Positions 9,531-19,207 of a stretch of DNA of 64,000 nt are shown in pieces. A program made the position numbers and the translations under genes. The stretch is taken from the IMG/VR virus record IMGVR_UViG_3300025121_000014, positions 128,001-192,000 of that record; one strand, written 5' to 3'. The notes beneath the pieces are model-generated. The model was given only the letters and a program-made list of their open reading frames with translations. It searched no databases and had not been told where the DNA came from. The stretch comes from a virus (taxonomy: Duplodnaviria > Caudoviricetes). The stretch's first letter is position 1. Every line of letters begins with the position of its first letter.

Positions 9531-10121
9531 TTAATTCATTTGTAACTGAGCTGATTTAATAGATTGTGTATATTCATTTTCAATATATTCTATTATATCT
9601 TTTATAATAATATCTAAATTTTTTCTATTTGTATTTAAAGTTTCCATTTTTCTAAAAATATCATTTATTACTTCACCTTTATTAAAATCTTTTATATATT
9701 TAGATAATTTATTAGTATTAAAATATATTCTACTTAATATAAGTATATCGTCATCATATTGTGTATTTATTACATTTCTTATTTTAGAATATATAATTGA
9801 TTTTCTATAAGTATCTGATATATCATCATTAATAATAATATCTTTAATTTGAATCATCACTATAAATTTAGATTTTTTTAGTGCAATATCTATAACATCC
9901 ATACTACTTTGTAAATCAAGAACATTTTTAAACCTATTAATTTCTTCAATTTTTGTCAATAATTTGGTATTTTGTTCATCAAATTGTTTTATTAATTCAC
10001 TATGTTGTTTTTTACGACTTCTATGATTTACTACAAATGGTACTATATAAACAATTGAAGCTATAAAGAATGCAATTAATGTATAAATGTTTGTAACATA
10101 TTTTACTATTTCACCGTCCAT
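9531..10121 (-). CDS. Hypothetical protein with single N-terminal transmembrane helix
   Basis: IYTLIAFFIASIVYIVPFVV followed by a basic stop-transfer segment and helical soluble domain. Confidence 0.65.
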   Translation of the reverse strand: MDGEIVKYVTNIYTLIAFFIASIVYIVPFVVNHRSRKKQHSELIKQFDEQNTKLLTKIEEINRFKNVLDLQSSMDVIDIALKKSKFIVMIQIKDIIINDDISDTYRKSIIYSKIRNVINTQYDDDILILSRIYFNTNKLSKYIKDFNKGEVINDIFRKMETLNTNRKNLDIIIKDIIEYIENEYTQSIKSAQLQMN

Positions 10122-10206
10122 AAAAATAAGATACTTTTATATCTATATATTCTTATTCTTAATCTTATTTTTTAATATATAATATAAGAAAAAATTATTT
10201 TTTTAA

Positions 10207-12657
10207 ATGTATTATTTATTAGATAAAAGTTATGATGAAACATTAACCATTAATTTTATAGGATCAGAACAATTCACATATTCTGGAAATACTTTAATTT
10301 TGGTAACACCTTGTATAAGTGGAGTTACAGATATAACATCATATTCTGATACTATATCTGGTGAAACATCTAATGTATATTTAGAAAAATATTTCAGATA
10401 TAAAAATTGCATTAATCAAGTATGGTCTGATGTTATGCCTATGTCAGCAATAACAAGTCTAGAATTTTGTTCTGATAAACCACTATTATTAGAATTAAGA
10501 TATTATAGAGTAGATAATACTGGAATTAATTCAGGAGTAACTATAACTTTATCAAATGTTTCCATTAGTGGAACTTATGATTTAACAATGTCTGATAGTG
10601 AAATTATTTTAGTAACAGGAGATCCTGCACAAATTTTAGAAGTAGGAGATATTTTAAAAATATTTTCAATAACCGATTTTACTGTTATATCTACTGATCC
10701 AACAAATGAATCTTTTACTATTAAATATAGATATTCACAAAATGATAAATTAACTTGGACAGAATGGGAACCTTTAACAAAACCTAACATTACAACTGTT
10801 CGTTGGGATAAATTACGTTTTGTTGATTTACAATATTTATTTATTTTAAATCCTGGATATACAACACCAGTTAAAATTTATGAAGTTCTTTTATACGGTG
10901 ATTTTCAAAACGTTACATTAAATTCTACTAAATTAAACATGTTTGGTTTAAAAGAAAATTGTATTAATATCGCATTTCCGCCTGCTAATATAACAGATAT
11001 TACAAGTGGAATAAATGAAAATGAAACATTAAGTGCTAAAACGCCAGATTCAAATACATTAAGTTTAATTACAGAATCATCTGAATATCAATTAAGAATG
11101 AATTTTTTAACACAAGGTTTGAATTGTTATTCTGATCCAGAAGGAATATCACAAATTGATTTACTTAAAGCTGAAAATGAATCTAATAAAGCTAATTTTT
11201 GGAATCCTTATGATTTTAATAAAATAATTGATTTTCATAATATGTTATCTACACAAATATCAGAAATGTTAGGCATGGTTGTTGATTATCATTTAGCTGA
11301 TGTAGATGGAAATGGTATTGATAAAATATTAAATGAAATACAATTGTTTAATATTGTTGCATATAAAACAATTAAAGTTGTAGTTCCAGAAAATCAATTT
11401 CCAGATAATCAAATAGTAATAAATCAATTTAATTTAGATTTATTTGACACATTTAAAGTACATATAGTTAAAGAAGATTTTAAAAAAGCATTCGGTATTA
11501 ATAAAAGACCTGGACAAGAAGATATATTATATTTTTGTCAAACTAATAGAATGTATATTGTTAAACATGCGCAAATTCATAAAGATGTTATGAATGCAGG
11601 TGTTTATTATAATGTTATTCTTGAAAAATACGAACAAAGATCAAATGTTCTTAATAGAATTGAAGAATCAAGAAATAAAATTGAAGAACTTACACGTAAT
11701 ACTACAATAGATGAATTATTTGGAATAGAACAAGAAGATGATTTCAAACAAATAGCTAATAAAGAACAAATGAAACCTCATTCATTCGATTTTAATAGAT
11801 TAATTATAAACTCAAATACTGTAATAATTAAAGAAGCTGTTTATAATGGTGATATTAAAATTATTGAAAGTGTTTATGATTTAGCTAATGTACCTGGAAC
11901 AACAAAAGCAATAGAATATACAAAACTTGATAATGTATTATTAGAATCGGATAATAGATCATTTATTGTATGGTTTAATATTCCTAGTAATTTTGATGAA
12001 AATAACGCTATAACTAAAAGAGTTATTGCTAATTATGATATAGACGATAGTAAATATTATTTTATAAATAATAGAACTGAAGATGGTTTAGGATATGATA
12101 TTTGGTATCAACAAGATAAAATATGGTTGATGATTAATGATACAATTCATAGTATGAACGCTGATGTTATGAAAGATGTTTGGTTTGCAGTATTAATTAA
12201 TATTGACCAAAGACAACGTACAGTTGAAATGTCATTATTAAGAAGAAATTCTACAGTATATGTAACTCTATTCCATCCAACTACTTATGAAAAAATGGTA
12301 TTAGATTTAGAAACAGATATATCTGATATAGAATATGAAATGGAAGTAAATGGATTTAGAGCTGTTCATAACGAAGAAATTGTTTCAACACAATCTAATC
12401 CTTCTTTTAAAGAAATGAATACGTATTTCGCATCAGGAACAACACCATTAACATTTGAACACAATATGAATTTATCTGTTAATGGTTCTAAAATGTATTT
12501 AACCAATATTAGAATATTAAATGATTTAGTCAGATCTGACATAAAACAAGTAGTTCTTAACGAATTAATTATAAAAAATGCACAACATTTAATATTAGCA
12601 GATAATGCAATTAAAAAATTACAAACTACAAATTATCCTAATAAACAATGGAGATGA
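10207..12657 (+). CDS. Virion structural protein with T4 gp14-like neck (head-closure) domain plus N- and C-terminal beta-rich extensions
   Basis: Central RPGQEDILYFCQTNRMYIVKH...YYNVILEKYE resembles the gp14 RPxEGDLIYFP motif; C-terminal segment looks LamG/ConA-like; TATATA motif upstream. Confidence 0.6.
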   Translation: MYYLLDKSYDETLTINFIGSEQFTYSGNTLILVTPCISGVTDITSYSDTISGETSNVYLEKYFRYKNCINQVWSDVMPMSAITSLEFCSDKPLLLELRYYRVDNTGINSGVTITLSNVSISGTYDLTMSDSEIILVTGDPAQILEVGDILKIFSITDFTVISTDPTNESFTIKYRYSQNDKLTWTEWEPLTKPNITTVRWDKLRFVDLQYLFILNPGYTTPVKIYEVLLYGDFQNVTLNSTKLNMFGLKENCINIAFPPANITDITSGINENETLSAKTPDSNTLSLITESSEYQLRMNFLTQGLNCYSDPEGISQIDLLKAENESNKANFWNPYDFNKIIDFHNMLSTQISEMLGMVVDYHLADVDGNGIDKILNEIQLFNIVAYKTIKVVVPENQFPDNQIVINQFNLDLFDTFKVHIVKEDFKKAFGINKRPGQEDILYFCQTNRMYIVKHAQIHKDVMNAGVYYNVILEKYEQRSNVLNRIEESRNKIEELTRNTTIDELFGIEQEDDFKQIANKEQMKPHSFDFNRLIINSNTVIIKEAVYNGDIKIIESVYDLANVPGTTKAIEYTKLDNVLLESDNRSFIVWFNIPSNFDENNAITKRVIANYDIDDSKYYFINNRTEDGLGYDIWYQQDKIWLMINDTIHSMNADVMKDVWFAVLINIDQRQRTVEMSLLRRNSTVYVTLFHPTTYEKMVLDLETDISDIEYEMEVNGFRAVHNEEIVSTQSNPSFKEMNTYFASGTTPLTFEHNMNLSVNGSKMYLTNIRILNDLVRSDIKQVVLNELIIKNAQHLILADNAIKKLQTTNYPNKQWR

Positions 12658-12742
12658 AACATTTAAACAATTTATAAAATAAAAAATGATAAATAATGAA
12701 TTAAAATTTTCTATTTTAATTTATTTTACTTATCTTTGTGTT

Positions 12743-13165
12743 ATGTATACAAAAGTAATATTTGAATTTTATATAAAAGATACACCTAATAATAAAATAT
12801 TTACGTGTCGTAGATGGTTTAATGATTGTCGTAATCTTATTAATCTTAGAAGTACATTTAGTCGAGATATGAATTATAAAATGTATTATTATGAAATATT
12901 TGGATTTAATATATTAAAATTTACTTATCATAATAATATTGATGATGGTGATATCATAAATTCAACTAAAATAATAAACAAAAGAGATTATGACCTCCAT
13001 ATTACTAAAGAAGAAAAACCTAAACATATTCCTGAATATGTAGAAAAATATATTGATGATTGTAATATGCCTAAAAAAATAGATACTAATAGTATCGATG
13101 ATATTAAAGAAAAGAAAAATAAAATAAGAGAAAAATTATTCTCAAATAAAACAAAAACAATATGA
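12743..13165 (+). CDS. Hypothetical protein, paralog family TKVxxxFYxKxxP (copy 1)
   Basis: ATG at 12743 follows TATCTTTG (12731-12738); shares motifs with the two downstream ORFs. Confidence 0.65.
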   Translation: MYTKVIFEFYIKDTPNNKIFTCRRWFNDCRNLINLRSTFSRDMNYKMYYYEIFGFNILKFTYHNNIDDGDIINSTKIINKRDYDLHITKEEKPKHIPEYVEKYIDDCNMPKKIDTNSIDDIKEKKNKIREKLFSNKTKTI

Positions 13166-13518
13166 AATACACAAAAGTAGAACTTGATTTTTATATAAAA
13201 GAATTTCCTATTGGACAAATTTTGAGATGTATAATATGGTATGATGATAGTTTATTAGAATATGAAATAAAAGAAAATTTAGATAATTATCAAAAAAATA
13301 ATCATAAAAAAATTTCTAAATATGTTATAGCAGGATTTAAAATAATAAATTGGTCATATCATAATGAAAAAGAAGAAAAATATATGTCTAATAGTGCATA
13401 TATTCAAAATAAAAAATATTACGATATTAAAAAAGACAATATAACAAATTTTATAAATGATAATTTATTAGATGATTTAAGTTTTAGAAAAATGAATATA
13501 AGAAATAGACTATCTTAA
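13162..13518 (+). CDS. Hypothetical protein, paralog family copy 2
   Basis: YTKVELDFYIKEFPIGQILRCIIWY...IAGFKIINWSYHN. Confidence 0.7.
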   Translation: MKYTKVELDFYIKEFPIGQILRCIIWYDDSLLEYEIKENLDNYQKNNHKKISKYVIAGFKIINWSYHNEKEEKYMSNSAYIQNKKYYDIKKDNITNFINDNLLDDLSFRKMNIRNRLS

Positions 13519-13519
13519 T

Positions 13520-13550
13520 TTTGTAATTTAAAATATATTAATTATTTTTG
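13520..13550 (+). promoter_or_regulatory. Bacteroidota-type promoter
   Basis: TTTG (13520-13523) - 19 nt - TATTTTTG (13543-13550). Confidence 0.55.
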
Positions 13551-13569
13551 TATGACAAATTAAAATTTT

Positions 13570-14538
13570 ATGACACAAACTAAAGCATTTATTGATATTT
13601 ATACAAAAGACTATCCAGTAGGAAAAGTTTTGAAATGTAATATGTGGTTAGAAGGAGAATATACTGATAATATGGTATGTGAATTATTATCTAATGGATT
13701 AAGTGATTATGTGAATGGTATAAAAAAATTCAGAAATAAATATATTGTAGCTGGTTTTAAAGTTAATTTTACTATGTATTTTAAAAATAAAGATGAAAAT
13801 AATAGTTTTAATGAAATTATAATAATGGACGAAAGAGATTATAAACAGAACAATACTATATTATTAAATAATAATCGATTAAATAATAATCGATTAAATA
13901 ACATATCAATTACTAAAGTTGATGGTCGTGTTATAGTTGAAGGATCTGAAAATTCACAAAAAGTAGAACTTACATCCGATTTAAAAATAGCTACTGATGG
14001 TGGTTCGACCATAAATATTAATGATAAAACAACTGAAAAAAAGAAATTTGTAAAAGCTAATTTAAAAAATCTTAGACTATATTTATACAATAATGAAGAA
14101 TTAACCGAATTAAAACATAAATTAGAAATTGAATTTTTTAAAAGAAAATATAAATTAAGTGATGATGAATTTACATATTATTTAGAAAATAGAAATATTA
14201 TAAAACCCGAAAATATTAAAAAATCATTTAAAAGAAATGGTGGAGATGCATTTAAAATTAAAAAAAATAGAATTAGAAAAAAATTATTCCCACTTGATAA
14301 AAATGATAAAATAATTGATACTACTATAAAAAATGATAGTGAAAATATTGTTGAAAAAAAAAGTCCAATAATCCCTGAATTATCTCCTGATGCGATTAAA
14401 ATTGCATCTGAAATTAAACCAAAATCAAGAATTAAAATTATTAAACCTAAAACAACAAAATATAAAAAAATGAATGGAAAAACAACACCAGTATCAAAAA
14501 CAACAATTAATGAACTACCAACTACACTAAAGATGTAG
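13570..14538 (+). CDS. Hypothetical protein, paralog family copy 3 with C-terminal extension; 3' end supplied by IS right end
   Basis: TQTKAFIDIYTKDYPVGKVLKCNMWL...VAGFKVNF; reads into the IS at 14510. Confidence 0.7.
   Translation: MTQTKAFIDIYTKDYPVGKVLKCNMWLEGEYTDNMVCELLSNGLSDYVNGIKKFRNKYIVAGFKVNFTMYFKNKDENNSFNEIIIMDERDYKQNNTILLNNNRLNNNRLNNISITKVDGRVIVEGSENSQKVELTSDLKIATDGGSTININDKTTEKKKFVKANLKNLRLYLYNNEELTELKHKLEIEFFKRKYKLSDDEFTYYLENRNIIKPENIKKSFKRNGGDAFKIKKNRIRKKLFPLDKNDKIIDTTIKNDSENIVEKKSPIIPELSPDAIKIASEIKPKSRIKIIKPKTTKYKKMNGKTTPVSKTTINELPTTLKM
13864..13901 (+). repeat. In-frame 15-bp tandem repeat (about 2.5 copies; LNNNR)
   Basis: ttaaataataatcga x2 + ttaaataa. Confidence 0.85.
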
Positions 14539-15969
14539 TGGTTTCTGAATCGAACTGATTCATCTCTTTAAGCACTTCATTGCCGTTGCCTAATTTCTTA
14601 GGTCTTATTTTTGCTCCATGCTCGTAATCAGACGTTCCATCTGATATATTTTTTCTATATCCTTCATTGAGGATATTGATTGCTGCATTTACATCTCTGT
14701 CTTGTTTTTCACCACACTTACAATCCCAAGTTCGGTCTTTTAATGTTAAACCATTATTGATCCACCCGCACTTACTACAAGTCTTACTTGAAGGAAAAAA
14801 TCTATCTATGTGTATGACTTGTTTATCATTCCATTCAGCCTTGTATTCAAGGATATTAATGAAAGTTGACCAAGCAACATCTAAAATTGATTTGTTTAAT
14901 CCTGATTTAGCAGACTGACCATTTGGAAGATATTTACCATTTTCATCTTGTTTTGATTTACACCTATGAGACATACCTTTAACATTTAAGTCTTCAAGGT
15001 AAATCACATCAAATTGTTTTATTAAATCTAAAGCGGTTTTATGTATTAAATCCATTCTTGAATTACTTATCTTTTCATGTATCCTTGCAACTTTAATTCT
15101 TTGCTTTTCATAACGAATTGATTGTTTTACTTTTCTTGATAGAGATTGTTGATTTAATTTTAATTGATGTTGATAGTGTTTTAAAAATCTATGGTTCTTG
15201 ATTTTCGTTCCATTAGATAACACTAAAAAATCTTTTAATCCTAAATCTATTCCTACTGATAATCCACTTTTATTCATTGATATGTATTCCATTTCAGTTA
15301 AAATAGAAACAAAATACTTACCAGTAGGTGTTTTTGATATAACACAGTGTTTTATAACACCATTTATTTTACGTTCCATAATCATTTCAATACCATCTTT
15401 TCTAAACTTTGGTATGTAAAGTTTATTTTTCTTTACAGATACAAATTGTGGTATGGTAAATGAATTTTTTGATTTTCTTGACTTAAATTTTGGAAATTTT
15501 GTCCTCTTTTTAAAAAATCCATCATATGCAGTATCTAAACAATTTAAAGAAAATTGAAGTGTCTGACTATTAATTTCTTTCAACCATTTTTTATCTTCAA
15601 GTTTTTTAATTTGAGTTAATTCTTTTGATTGGTCATAATAATTTAAAGTTTTCTTATTGTTTAAATATTCATTTTTTCTTTGATTTAAAAAATAATTATA
15701 CACAAACCTCACTGAACCAAAATGTTTATTCAATAACACTTGTTGTTGTTCTGTTGGTTCTAATCTAAACTTATATGTATATCTAATTATTTTCATTTTT
15801 TATGTCAAAGTTTTTTCTTAACATAAGTATATATTAAAAGAAAAATGTCTGTTTTTCCATTTTTGAATTATTTATTAAAACTTTTAACTATTTTCAAAAT
15901 AATTAAAACCCGTTTTGGTCAAATTCATCCATTAAACTAAAGATTTAACGGTTTTCTTTGACGGTCAGT
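14510..15969 (-). mobile_element. IS200/IS605-family element, tnpB only (IS1341-like), no tnpA
   Basis: TTTAT target motif, LE hairpin at about 15917-15969, intact tnpB, RE hairpin ending GGTAGTTCAT at 14510. Confidence 0.9.
14522..15796 (-). CDS. tnpB: RNA-guided endonuclease TnpB
   Basis: N-terminal YKFRLEPT HTH; RuvC I GIDLG, RuvC II LED, Zn finger CSKCG...CKCG, RuvC III DRDVNAAINI all intact. Confidence 0.95.
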   Translation of the reverse strand: MKIIRYTYKFRLEPTEQQQVLLNKHFGSVRFVYNYFLNQRKNEYLNNKKTLNYYDQSKELTQIKKLEDKKWLKEINSQTLQFSLNCLDTAYDGFFKKRTKFPKFKSRKSKNSFTIPQFVSVKKNKLYIPKFRKDGIEMIMERKINGVIKHCVISKTPTGKYFVSILTEMEYISMNKSGLSVGIDLGLKDFLVLSNGTKIKNHRFLKHYQHQLKLNQQSLSRKVKQSIRYEKQRIKVARIHEKISNSRMDLIHKTALDLIKQFDVIYLEDLNVKGMSHRCKSKQDENGKYLPNGQSAKSGLNKSILDVAWSTFINILEYKAEWNDKQVIHIDRFFPSSKTCSKCGWINNGLTLKDRTWDCKCGEKQDRDVNAAINILNEGYRKNISDGTSDYEHGAKIRPKKLGNGNEVLKEMNQFDSETTTSLV

Positions 15970-15987
15970 ATAAAACAATAAAAATCG

Positions 15988-16018
15988 AAAACCCCCTTAA
16001 AAATTAAGGGGGTTTTTT
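15988..16018 (+). terminator. Intrinsic (likely bidirectional) terminator
   Basis: aaaacccccttaa-aaa-ttaagggggtttttt between convergent genes. Confidence 0.8.
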
Positions 16019-16021
16019 GTT

Positions 16022-16507
16022 TTACAATGTTAAACATTTTTTGATATCTTTAGATTTAAAATAAATAAATATTTTTTCTCGTTGTTTAACATTAGTCGTT
16101 TCAATATTATTTAATTTTTTCTCTATGTTTTTAATATAAATAATTAAATCATCTATACCTTGTCTATAATTAAATGGTGCTTTATAATATTCTGGAAATT
16201 TATTCATATAAGTTGTTACATCTTTTAGAATAGTATTTTTATTTATATAAAGTTCATCTTTTATTACATTACTTTTTATTTGTAATGAATCTAATACATT
16301 TTCATTAAATCTATGAATTAAATTATCAGTCTCTATAACTTTCAATAAACCAATTGCAAATGCATCTTCTTCTGACAAAGATATAGGCTTATTATCTTCT
16401 ACTATTTTTTTAATTTCTTCTTCATCATTATTATATAAACAGAATTTTTTGTATTTATCCCATAAACATCTTTGTATAATATCATTTGGTGTTATGATTA
16501 TTTGCAT
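16022..16507 (-). CDS. Hypothetical protein
   Basis: ORF track. Confidence 0.75.
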   Translation of the reverse strand: MQIIITPNDIIQRCLWDKYKKFCLYNNDEEEIKKIVEDNKPISLSEEDAFAIGLLKVIETDNLIHRFNENVLDSLQIKSNVIKDELYINKNTILKDVTTYMNKFPEYYKAPFNYRQGIDDLIIYIKNIEKKLNNIETTNVKQREKIFIYFKSKDIKKCLTL

Positions 16508-16830
16508 ATTTTTTCATTATTTTTTGCTAAATTTTCCTGTATCATTTCATATTTTTCGCATAATTTATTAAAATTGAATTCATCTGTTGAAGATAATTCA
16601 AACCATTCCCCCCAGGTGTGTTTATGTGAAAACATGTTATGTAAAGTTTTTTCAATTTTTCTACTATGTTTTGATGAATATGTATCTGCTATTTTTATTT
16701 CATACGGACATCCGGTTTGTAATTCTTTAATTCTTTTTTGAACCGAAACACCAGTATATCCAATTTTATATAGCGTTTTATCATCATTAACAATTTTTAA
16801 AAGATAAATAGTAGGACCAATTTTGACCAA
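16498..16830 (-). CDS. T5orf172/MUG113 GIY-YIG-like nuclease
   Basis: IYLL...YKIGYT...RIKELQTGCP...IEKTLH...GEWF. Confidence 0.85.
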   Translation of the reverse strand: MVKIGPTIYLLKIVNDDKTLYKIGYTGVSVQKRIKELQTGCPYEIKIADTYSSKHSRKIEKTLHNMFSHKHTWGEWFELSSTDEFNFNKLCEKYEMIQENLAKNNEKICK

Positions 16831-16878
16831 AATATATAAATTTTTATTTTTATATATTTAAAAAATTGATCCTAAATC

Positions 16879-17199
16879 TTATTTTTCTTCTTTTTCTTCT
16901 TTTTCTTCTTTAATTTCTTCTACATCAGTATAATTTTCTAGCATAGACTCTATATCTGGATCAACATCAACATCTTCGTTAATTTCGATATTCAAATCAT
17001 CATAATCAATATCAACATCAATATCAGAATTCGTAATTATTTCACCAATATCTTGCCTTTTTAAATCTTGATTTGCTCTCATTTTTTCATTGAAATCGTT
17101 TATTAATTTTTCTCGTGTTAAACGATTTGCTATTTTAACGTTCTGTTTATAAGCATTTACTTTTTGCTTATGATTTTTTCTATTTTTTGATTTTGGCAT
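16879..17199 (-). CDS. Hypothetical protein (basic N-terminus, acidic C-terminus)
   Basis: ORF track. Confidence 0.7.
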   Translation of the reverse strand: MPKSKNRKNHKQKVNAYKQNVKIANRLTREKLINDFNEKMRANQDLKRQDIGEIITNSDIDVDIDYDDLNIEINEDVDVDPDIESMLENYTDVEEIKEEKEEKEEK

Positions 17200-17203
17200 A
17201 ATT

Positions 17204-17848
17204 TTAAATATTTTTTTTTATTTTTTTTATTTTTTTTAATCTTTCAAATAAAATATTAGGATTTTCATATAGTTCAAAAACTTCTTTAAGTTGATTTTCA
17301 TCTTTAATATCATATGTATGTTGCCACACAAGACCTTCTAAATGTATATCTGTTTTATCCCTTTCAGTTTGAACTACATCAATATAAAATGATTTAGGTG
17401 TAAATGGAAAATTCCTAATATATTGACGACTTGATAATGTTTTTCCATTTTTTAACTTAATACCACCACCTTGGCTATTAGAACATATACCATTATTATC
17501 TTTAAATATAATAGCATTTATATAATAAGCTTTACCATCTTTACCTTCTTTAAATACAGCACTATTTCTATTATTTTGATATACATGTGTTTTATGTACT
17601 GTATAATTAATATCCCATTCATCATCTTCGCCTGTTAATGGTGACAATGTATTTTGTAAACATAATGTTTTTACTGCTTGGGATATTATAGAAGCCGTAT
17701 AAGGAGTTGAACCACCACTTTGTCCACTATTACCAAACTTATCTATTAATGCTAAAATTTCGTCTTTAAACGGTAAAATAATTGAATCTTGTTCTGTATT
17801 TTCAATAATTTCGAATTCCCTTATTGCTTTATTTTTTGTATAGTTCAT
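17204..17848 (-). CDS. Conserved-looking hypothetical phage protein
   Basis: SGQSGGS...LSPLTGEDDEW...YQNNRNSAVFK motifs. Confidence 0.7.
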   Translation of the reverse strand: MNYTKNKAIREFEIIENTEQDSIILPFKDEILALIDKFGNSGQSGGSTPYTASIISQAVKTLCLQNTLSPLTGEDDEWDINYTVHKTHVYQNNRNSAVFKEGKDGKAYYINAIIFKDNNGICSNSQGGGIKLKNGKTLSSRQYIRNFPFTPKSFYIDVVQTERDKTDIHLEGLVWQHTYDIKDENQLKEVFELYENPNILFERLKKIKKIKKNI

Positions 17849-17886
17849 ATTTTTTTTAAAAACCTTTTTTATTTATATAAAAAATA

Positions 17887-18183
17887 CTATTTTTTGTTTA
17901 AAAATTCTTTTAATATCTTATCAGTATCAGGCAAACTATTATGAATAAAATGAATCAATTCATTTATTTTATCATATTTATAGATATCATCTATATTTAA
18001 TTTTTCTAATAATCGTTCTTCTGGAACAATTTTTATATGTCCTTCTTCATTAAACCAATATGCTATTTCATATGTAGTTTCATCTGCAACCATATTTAAC
18101 AAAATTCCCACACCATTTCCAATTTGCCCTAGATAATCAATTACAGATATACTTAACAATGTTGAATCTATGAATTCTTTCAT
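17887..18183 (-). CDS. Hypothetical protein
   Basis: ORF track. Confidence 0.7.
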   Translation of the reverse strand: MKEFIDSTLLSISVIDYLGQIGNGVGILLNMVADETTYEIAYWFNEEGHIKIVPEERLLEKLNIDDIYKYDKINELIHFIHNSLPDTDKILKEFLNKK

Positions 18184-18299
18184 TTTTATTTGATTCTTTT
18201 TATTTAATATATATTGAAAATATGATTTTGTCTAATCAAAGAAGAATTGATTTTAAAAGATAAATATATTTTATATATAATAAAAAGATATAGTTATTC

Positions 18300-18671
18300 A
18301 TGCCTAATGCAGATATAAGAGATTACAATATTAGATATGTAGGACATCCTAAATATAACAGTAAAAGAGTTATAGAAGATCGTACTATTGAATTTGTTGT
18401 ACAAAAATTAGAAAATTTATTATTTACAAATAAAGGAGATGATTTAAGCGATCCAGAATTTGGCGCTAATATCGAATATTATTTATGGTCTACAAAAGTG
18501 CCAGTTGAAAAAATTAAAAAAGAAATTGAAAATCAAATAAATAAATATATATCAGAGCTAAATATAATGGGATATTCATTAAATCTCGAATTATATAAAG
18601 GTACTATTAGGGATATACTTTATATTAATATTAATATTAAAGATACTATTGTAAATTTTGTAATAAAATAA
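18300..18671 (+). CDS. Baseplate wedge gp25/GPW-like protein
   Basis: LENLLFTNKGD...DPEFGANIEYYLW motif of the gp25 family. Confidence 0.75.
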   Translation: MPNADIRDYNIRYVGHPKYNSKRVIEDRTIEFVVQKLENLLFTNKGDDLSDPEFGANIEYYLWSTKVPVEKIKKEIENQINKYISELNIMGYSLNLELYKGTIRDILYININIKDTIVNFVIK

Positions 18672-18682
18672 TAAAATAAACA

Positions 18683-19207
18683 ATGAAGTTAACAGATAAG
18701 CAAATAAAGGAAACATATATAAATGTATTAACTAGTACAAAAGTTAATGATATAATTAAGAAAAATAGCCAGGGACTTAAACTTGCGCTAAATGAACATA
18801 TATGGTTTGAAAAACAATTTGGTGTGAGAAAAGCAAATCTTAATTTTGCTATGACAACAGGTGAAATAGATGAATATGCCAAATGTAAAATGGATGTTCA
18901 TTACTTTGCAAATAAATATTGCCACATTAAAAGAGAAGACGGTACAATTGGACCAATGCAACTAAGAGATTACCAGAGAGATATTATAGATTTATATGTT
19001 AATAATAGATATTCTATATTAATGACTAGTAGACAATTAGGTAAGTGCAACTCCTTGGTAACCAGATTGTTAGTAAAATTTGACAATGGTGATGAATATG
19101 AAATTACTATGGGAGAATTATATTATACTTACATTCAACAAGAAAGAAAACTAACAATCATAGAAAAAATTAAACTTTTTCTATATAAAGCACTATCTAA
19201 ACTATAA
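18683..19207 (+). CDS. terL: Terminase large subunit N-extein (121 aa) + short split-intein N fragment (53 aa, 19046..19204)
   Basis: T4 gp17-like LRDYQ...MTSRQLGK, followed by Cys-initiated intein block A CNSLVTRLLV. Confidence 0.9.
   Translation: MKLTDKQIKETYINVLTSTKVNDIIKKNSQGLKLALNEHIWFEKQFGVRKANLNFAMTTGEIDEYAKCKMDVHYFANKYCHIKREDGTIGPMQLRDYQRDIIDLYVNNRYSILMTSRQLGKCNSLVTRLLVKFDNGDEYEITMGELYYTYIQQERKLTIIEKIKLFLYKALSKL

Noticed and set aside
9531-10121. Holin call for the single-TM protein
   Set aside because: Topology alone is insufficient, and no lysis genes are adjacent.
14510-15969. Autonomous transposon
   Set aside because: No tnpA (Y1 HUH) or serine recombinase is encoded anywhere in the window; mobility would need a trans-acting transposase.
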